From: Nostoc sp. DedSLP01
Lineage (GTDB): Bacteria > Cyanobacteriota > Cyanobacteriia > Cyanobacteriales > Nostocaceae
DNA length: 64,000 nucleotides
NCBI GenBank assembly: GCA_034530875.2
Contig: JAVRCJ020000004.1
Location: 96,001-160,000, forward strand
Reading direction: 5' to 3'
Below, piece after piece: positions 58,515 through 64,000 of this stretch. Position numbers and translations under genes: made by a program. Under the pieces are notes generated by a model. The model was not told the DNA's origin. It was given only the letters and a program-made list of their open reading frames with translations, and ran no database searches. The first letter of the stretch is position 1; each line of letters opens with the position of its first letter.

Positions 58515-59808
58515 TTTGCTTCACCACTGGATTGGGGTAATTCCACCGTTTATCGCCGTTGTATTCCAAAACTGAAGTGTTAAACAGCATTAACTGACCG
58601 ATATCATCTTTACTGACATTTTTGGTGATACAAACTTGAGCTAAAAACGGATAATGTTCATCAGGAATAAACCTTTCAAAACTAAATTGCTGTTGTTTCA
58701 CAGCATAAATAACATCTTCGGCAAGAATTTTGGAACGTTTGCGAGTACTAGCACTTAGGCAAGCAGTCTGTATCATCTGCATTAATTGGCGAACATGTCC
58801 TCCACTGGCTTTTGCTAAATCTAACAATTCCTGGTGAGATTCAAATACAGCATCAATATCTACTCGCTTTCCAATAATGCTGGCTACCGCTTCTAGTCCG
58901 GTTTGATTGTAGTTTAAATGGCAGCGATCGCGTTCAAATTCATAAATATTCACCATTGGTACAATATGAGGACTACCATCAAACTGATTGAGGGGGTTTT
59001 TCGGGGAACAAAGCACAGAAATTGGCACTGTGTAAATTATCGTGCAATCTAGTTCTTGTAACTGAGCTGCATAGTCAAAAAATAAATGTTCTGCAATATT
59101 TGGTGGTACGCGATCCATGTTGTCAAAAATAATCAATAAACCTTTATATTGAGGGAATTTCCTTCTGAGTTTAACGTAGGCATCTCCTAATAAAAGGTTA
59201 ATATCTGCCTTTAGGCGTGATAAATCTTTTTCTAAAGTTTGGCGAATAGTAGTTTTTTGCTTATCAGAGCCTTTTATTTGTGCCAGTAATTTGACCATTA
59301 ATTTAGCAATAAATGGAGCTTCGGGTTTCAGAGTTGCTTCTCCCTGAATACTGACAGACCTTTCTACACTTTCTTCTGTTTCTTTGGTAATATCTTTAAA
59401 CCAAGATTCAAAATTTTCTAAAAGTTGAGTATCAAATTTTAAACCTAATTTACGTAACTCAAACTCTACTTGTTTGATGACGATTAAATATAAATCTGTA
59501 TAACGAGCATCATTAATATCTGTTTCTTCGTTAACTTCTAAATAAATTACGTGGTATTGTTGTTCCCATTGCTTTTGAATGCGTTTTAATTCTGTACTTT
59601 TGCCACAGCCGCGATGTCCGGTAAACAAAATTGTGCGGAAATCAGCGGGATTTTGAAAGTCTAAAATGTTACTAACTTCTTCAATTGCTGGAGTTTTGCG
59701 TACTGCTGATAAATCAACATAGTATCGCTCTATATCTTCACCCTCTAGCGGTTCAACATTACAAACTTGAAATGCATCTCTGAGAGTATTGGCACGCTGA
59801 TGATTCAT
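58465..59808 (-). CDS. P-loop ATPase (STAND/AAA-like)
   Basis: Walker A GHRGCGKST, Walker B LLIIFDNMD, SGG.VRQL motif; overlaps the TPR gene. Confidence 0.88.
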   Translation of the reverse strand: MNHQRANTLRDAFQVCNVEPLEGEDIERYYVDLSAVRKTPAIEEVSNILDFQNPADFRTILFTGHRGCGKSTELKRIQKQWEQQYHVIYLEVNEETDINDARYTDLYLIVIKQVEFELRKLGLKFDTQLLENFESWFKDITKETEESVERSVSIQGEATLKPEAPFIAKLMVKLLAQIKGSDKQKTTIRQTLEKDLSRLKADINLLLGDAYVKLRRKFPQYKGLLIIFDNMDRVPPNIAEHLFFDYAAQLQELDCTIIYTVPISVLCSPKNPLNQFDGSPHIVPMVNIYEFERDRCHLNYNQTGLEAVASIIGKRVDIDAVFESHQELLDLAKASGGHVRQLMQMIQTACLSASTRKRSKILAEDVIYAVKQQQFSFERFIPDEHYPFLAQVCITKNVSKDDIGQLMLFNTSVLEYNGDKRWNYPNPVVKQNEFFQKAIESALAAQP

Positions 59809-60168
59809 TGGGTTTTGACTAAGTTTATAGATACGACTTTCTTAAGTTTAAATTTTAGGCGATCGCTGCGCCACTTTAAATTTGATAAAAGTTTACTTTT
59901 TAAATTAGCAAAATTTCGTGTTTTTTTATACCTTAATAAAGGAAATGACAATTTTGCTCTGAGTTTTCTTACCCAACACTGGATTGCACAGGAGTGGTTT
60001 TCTTAAACTGGCGATCGTTTACAAAGCGTGCTATTAAACAAAATTCGCGATTATAATAAGCTTTCTACCTAGCTACCAGACATACATAATTTACTTCACA
60101 CTTCTTAAAATCTGCTAAATAAATGCAAAATTATACTCACTTGTCAATCCTCTAAAAGAGAGAACAGG

Positions 60169-60222
60169 CTTTGGGTAATCTGTATATTGGTAGTGCGATC
60201 GCATTTATTTAATTAAATTTTG
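60169..60222. repeat. Direct repeat copy 2 (degenerate VOC 5' end)
   Basis: CTTTGGGTAATCTGTATATTGGTAGTGCGATCGCATTTATTTAATTAAATTTTG; the VOC start codon is mutated (CAT to TAT on the plus strand). Confidence 0.85.
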
Positions 60223-60932
60223 CGGGGAGTGGGAAGCAGGGGAGGCAGAGGAAGCAGAGGAGGCACAGGAGGATAACTAATAACTAATGACTAATGACTA
60301 ATGACTAAATCAATAAATTAGTTAGTATTAGTAGGATTGAAGTGAAATATTTGGGATTGGACTATTTATTCTTAAATCCAAAGTTATAATCTTTTGTCAA
60401 TACTCCAAAAGAAATATATGAATAATCTCAAGTTTATTTACTCTTAGCTACTCAAGCAATTGAGTCACAAAGTTCCTAATAATTGGCACTATGTAATTGT
60501 ACGGTGTTAAAGTTAAAAATGATGCATTTGTCCGAGATGAAATCCCAGAAAAACACTGAGTATTAGCAAATTCTGTAAATCCTGGCTCTACAGCCTTCTG
60601 TAGCGCTCAAACATTTGCAGCAATAGCTAAAATAGCGATCGGTAGTGCTGAATTATTAATTGTTATTTCTGATTCCTGAGTAGCTAGTTATCAGTGAGAT
60701 GATAATTTTATATAGTAATAATCTAAAGTCTTTTCTTTGTCTTTACTGAAATCTCTCGTTAAGATTCAGGAATCAAGAGCCAAAATTTAGAATGATTGGA
60801 AAATTAAGAGTGCTCTAGCTTACTGATTTTCTTCAAATTATTAGGCTTGGATATCAAAATTTTCTGAATTCTGGCTTGGAGAATTCACCAATTTTGAATT
60901 CTTATATCTTCTGTTTGCTCTAAATCCTCATT

Positions 60933-63317
60933 TTGCAACATCAGTCTCAAGTCTGTTTTCACACCACAATGAAAGACCAAGTATTAGACCGGATTTTTAA
61001 TAAGCCTTCTTTCCCGCATAAATTTGAACGTTTGGAGTTGGATGATAATTTTTGCATTATAGATGCATCCGAACAAGTTCAAAGGTTTGCATATCGCCCT
61101 GAGGAGGCGATAGTAGGTAAAGATATCCGGCTAAGTTTTCCTGAGTTGAGTGGACTTGAAGATGTTTTAAAAGCTATTTTGTACGGTAAACAAGAACTGT
61201 TTGAATTACAAGGAATTAAACGAATTGCCGAGCAGAAATTTCATTTGTATATAGATATATATATTATTGGCGAACAATATGAAAAATTGCCAAATAAATT
61301 AATTATCTTGATTGAAGATGTTACCGATAGAATTATTTTAAAACAAAAGTTGGCACAGCAGACTAATGAAGCTAATCTGTTATCTCATGCTTTAACATCT
61401 TGTAAAAGTTACATGGAGCAAGTGATAGCTTCAATGGCAGATGCTTTTTTAGTAACTAATAATTTAGGCAAAATTATCAAAGTTAATCATACTGCTGAAC
61501 AATTATTTGGTTTTAGTGAGGAAGAATTCATCGACCAACATATATCATTAATAATTGACGATCGCGTAGTCATAAAAGCAATTCATCAACATTTTGCTGC
61601 TCGACAAAGTTTTCAAAATTTAGAGATAATTTGTAGAACCAAAACTAGAGAAAAACGCTTGATTGCTTTTTCTTGCTCGGTGATTGCTAAAAAAACAAAA
61701 GGTCAAGCAGATATTGTTTATATTGGTCGAGATATTACCGATCGCCAGCGTCGAGAACAACGTACAAGTACGCAGTATGCTATCACCCGCATTTTATCCG
61801 AATCTCACACTATAAAGCAGGCAATTCCGCAAATTTTACAGTCGATTTGTGAAAACTTGGGATGGGATTTAGGCGAACTTTGGACGTCAAGTCAATATAT
61901 CGGTAATTCGGTAAAGAGGCACACTGTTAATGCGGTATTAAGGTCTGTAGAAATTTGGTCGAGTCGAGTAGTTTCTGTTAGAGAATTTAAGGCGGTGACT
62001 TGGCAAACTACCTATACTGCTGGTGTAGGGTTACCTGGTGAAATTTGGATTAGCCGATCGGCCTTGTGGATTCAAGATATCACACAAGAAGAAGACAATA
62101 GGCGATCGCAAGCTGCTGCTGAAGCTGGATTGCACGCTGCTTTTGGGTTTCCCATCTTAGACGATAATGAAATCTTAGGGGTGATGGTTTTCTTTAGCCG
62201 AGAAATCCAACCAAAAGATACAGAACTCTTGCAAATGGTCGGTTCTATTGGCAGTCAAATCGCCCAATTTATCAAACGCAAACAAGCAGAAATTGCTCTT
62301 GTCGAAAGCGAACAAAGGTATCGAGATTTATTTGAAAATTCTAACGATTTGATTCAAGCTGTTAATGCCTACGGCCGTTTTTTGTATGTCAATCGTGCAT
62401 GGCGAGAAACTTTTGGATACAGCGAAGCTGAACTTGCCAATTTGAATGTTTTTGATATCATACATCCTAAGTTTAGACAATATTGTTGGCAAAAGTTTTA
62501 TCGGGTGCTTTGTGGAGAAAAGCTCGAACGAATCAAAGCCGCATTCATTAACAAAAACGGTGAGACAATCTTTTTGGAAGGTAACATTAACGGTAAATTT
62601 ATCGAGGGCCATGCAGTTGCTACTCATGGGATTTTTCGCAATATTACCCGGAATTTAGCATTAGAAAAAGTACTGCAACATCAACAAGAACAAACCGAGC
62701 TTTTGTTGCTGAATGTTTTGCCGGGAGCAATCTCGAAACGTTTAAAAGAACAACCAATTAGCATTAACCAAGAATTTGCTGATGTTACAGTTTTATTTGC
62801 AGATATTGTCGGCTTGAGCCAAATAGCCGCTTCTATGAGTGCGATTTATTTGGTAAACTTACTGAATTTAATTTTTTCAGCTTTCGATCGCCTCACCGAA
62901 CAATATAGTTTAGAAAAAATCAAAACTGTCGGCGATGCTTACATGGTAGTTGGCGGTTTGCCCGCGCAACGCCCAGATCATGCCCAAGCTATCGCTAAAA
63001 TGGCATTGGATATGCAAACAGCGATCGCTTTATTTAATGCTGAGAATAACCAAGACTTTAGCATCCGCATCGGTATTCATAGCGGTTTCGTAATGCCAGG
63101 AATAATCAGTTTGAAAAAGTTTACTGATGAACTCTGCGGAGATACGCTAAACATCGCCATTCGCATGGAATCTCAAGGCATTCCAGGAAAAATTCAAGTT
63201 ACAGAAAATACTTATAAACGCTTGTGTAATCAATTTTTGTTTGAAAAACGCGGCGAAATCGAAGTTAAAGGCAAAGGGAAAATAACGACTTATTGGTTGA
63301 TTGGGAATAGGGAATAG
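60933..63317 (+). CDS. Class III nucleotidyl (adenylate) cyclase with PAS-GAF-PAS sensory domains
   Basis: TVLFADIVG, EKIKTVGDAYM, RIGIHSG, N..A.RMES and VKGKG motifs; likely ATG at 60969. Confidence 0.9.
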   Translation: MQHQSQVCFHTTMKDQVLDRIFNKPSFPHKFERLELDDNFCIIDASEQVQRFAYRPEEAIVGKDIRLSFPELSGLEDVLKAILYGKQELFELQGIKRIAEQKFHLYIDIYIIGEQYEKLPNKLIILIEDVTDRIILKQKLAQQTNEANLLSHALTSCKSYMEQVIASMADAFLVTNNLGKIIKVNHTAEQLFGFSEEEFIDQHISLIIDDRVVIKAIHQHFAARQSFQNLEIICRTKTREKRLIAFSCSVIAKKTKGQADIVYIGRDITDRQRREQRTSTQYAITRILSESHTIKQAIPQILQSICENLGWDLGELWTSSQYIGNSVKRHTVNAVLRSVEIWSSRVVSVREFKAVTWQTTYTAGVGLPGEIWISRSALWIQDITQEEDNRRSQAAAEAGLHAAFGFPILDDNEILGVMVFFSREIQPKDTELLQMVGSIGSQIAQFIKRKQAEIALVESEQRYRDLFENSNDLIQAVNAYGRFLYVNRAWRETFGYSEAELANLNVFDIIHPKFRQYCWQKFYRVLCGEKLERIKAAFINKNGETIFLEGNINGKFIEGHAVATHGIFRNITRNLALEKVLQHQQEQTELLLLNVLPGAISKRLKEQPISINQEFADVTVLFADIVGLSQIAASMSAIYLVNLLNLIFSAFDRLTEQYSLEKIKTVGDAYMVVGGLPAQRPDHAQAIAKMALDMQTAIALFNAENNQDFSIRIGIHSGFVMPGIISLKKFTDELCGDTLNIAIRMESQGIPGKIQVTENTYKRLCNQFLFEKRGEIEVKGKGKITTYWLIGNRE

Positions 63318-63326
63318 GGCAAGCAG

Positions 63327-63575
63327 AGAGTGTGGGAGGTGTGGGGGGTGTGGGAGGTGTGGGAGGTGTGGGGGGTGTGGGAAGATGGGGAAGAAATCTT
63401 TCCCCCCTCTCTCCCTGCACTTCCCCATCTCGTCATTTCCTCGCTCTCTCCCCACACTCCCCACACTTCCCCATCTCCTCATTTCCCCCCTCTCTCCCCG
63501 CACTTCCCCATCTCGTCATTTCCCCCTCTCTCCCCACACTCCCCACACTTCCCCATCTCCCCACCTCCCCAACTC
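63327..63575. repeat. Low-complexity purine/pyrimidine repeat array between convergent genes
   Basis: (GTGTGGGRG)n followed by complementary (CCCCACACT)n within a roughly 80-bp duplicated block. Confidence 0.8.
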
Positions 63576-63576
63576 G

Positions 63577-64000
63577 CTACGTATTCGGAATCAATCTACC
63601 GCAAGGATAAGTTGCTGTTGGCTGCGAAGCATTTTCGGCTACGGCTGCTGGAATTCGATCTGATGATTGGCTTTTGGCTGCTAGATAATCTGTTTGCAGT
63701 TTTTCTAAAATCGCTTCTCGTCTGTCATACAAACGTTTTAAAGGACGAGGTTGGCACTTATTGAGGACGTATGCTGTTACTAGAGGTAAGGCGATCGTAC
63801 TGTCGGTATAACAAACAATTGTGTTAGGTAACTCTTCTGGGTCAATCTTACCCCAGCTGACGGCTTCCGATGGCGTTGCCCCGGATAAACCACCTGTATC
63901 TGGACGAGCATCGGTAAATTGTACAAAGTAATCATGCCCGCGTTCTTCTAGCCCTAATACTTCGTGAATTTGCGGTTGTGTTTGTAGCAAAAAGTTTTTT
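63577..64000 (-). CDS. speY: Deoxyhypusine synthase-like homospermidine synthase, C-terminal part (5' end outside the window)
   Basis: [28 protein letters not shown] and DSTIALP motifs. Confidence 0.82.
   Translation of the reverse strand, partial: KNFLLQTQPQIHEVLGLEERGHDYFVQFTDARPDTGGLSGATPSEAVSWGKIDPEELPNTIVCYTDSTIALPLVTAYVLNKCQPRPLKRLYDRREAILEKLQTDYLAAKSQSSDRIPAAVAENASQPTATYPCGRLIPNT

Noticed and set aside
54558..60222. Recombinase-driven excision element (xisF-like) covering the ATPase-TPR module
   Set aside because: The recombinase lies outside the direct repeats and lacks catalytic residues; no interrupted gene is evident.
674..62658. Numerous short antisense or alternate-frame ORFs in the track (e.g. 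3415-3702, 4490-4849, 6500-6826, 28819-29181, 53082-53594, 57138-57494)
   Set aside because: They overlap well-supported genes and show no recognisable motifs.
63147..63764. ORFs 63147-63503, 63301-63663, 63330-63764 and 63332-63610
   Set aside because: They are translations of low-complexity repeats and antisense overlaps of real genes.
1..64000. tRNA, rRNA, riboswitches and NtcA boxes
   Set aside because: No convincing cloverleaf, rRNA segment or well-placed GTA-N8-TAC site recognised by eye; a covariance-model scan would be needed to exclude ncRNAs in the long intergenic regions.

Overview
This is chromosomal DNA from a heterocyst-forming (Nostocales-type) cyanobacterium. It is AT-rich, has abundant HIP1 octamers (GCGATCGC), STRR heptamer arrays, REP-like palindromes and MITEs. 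Most genes are housekeeping or conserved: three M16 peptidases, argS, crtD, potC, pyrR, cbiB, cyAbrB, a ClC channel, two hybrid histidine kinases (one with a DXCF cyanobacteriochrome GAF), a class III cyclase and a partial speY. The most interesting part is an accessory island at about 23.7-34.1 kb with three FGE-sulfatase/C-type-lectin (CLec) tipped genes. The central gene encodes a caspase-like CHAT protease + STAND/NB-ARC ATPase + CLec protein and overlaps a small EACC1-like ORF. Its 3' end carries the codon signature and downstream hairpin of a diversity-generating retroelement (DGR) variable region. I found no reverse transcriptase or template repeat in the window. My inference is a remotely diversified NLR-like protease sensor with its own substrate. 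Other points: an ATPase + TPR module bracketed by a direct repeat of the 5' end of the neighbouring VOC gene, a large serine recombinase lacking catalytic residues, several unannotated pseudogenes (DUF6888, an Rcp1-like regulator, Uma2, DUF433, Rpn C-terminus), nested MITE/REP elements and two 21-nt-periodic arrays. All family calls come from motif recognition by eye, not database searches.
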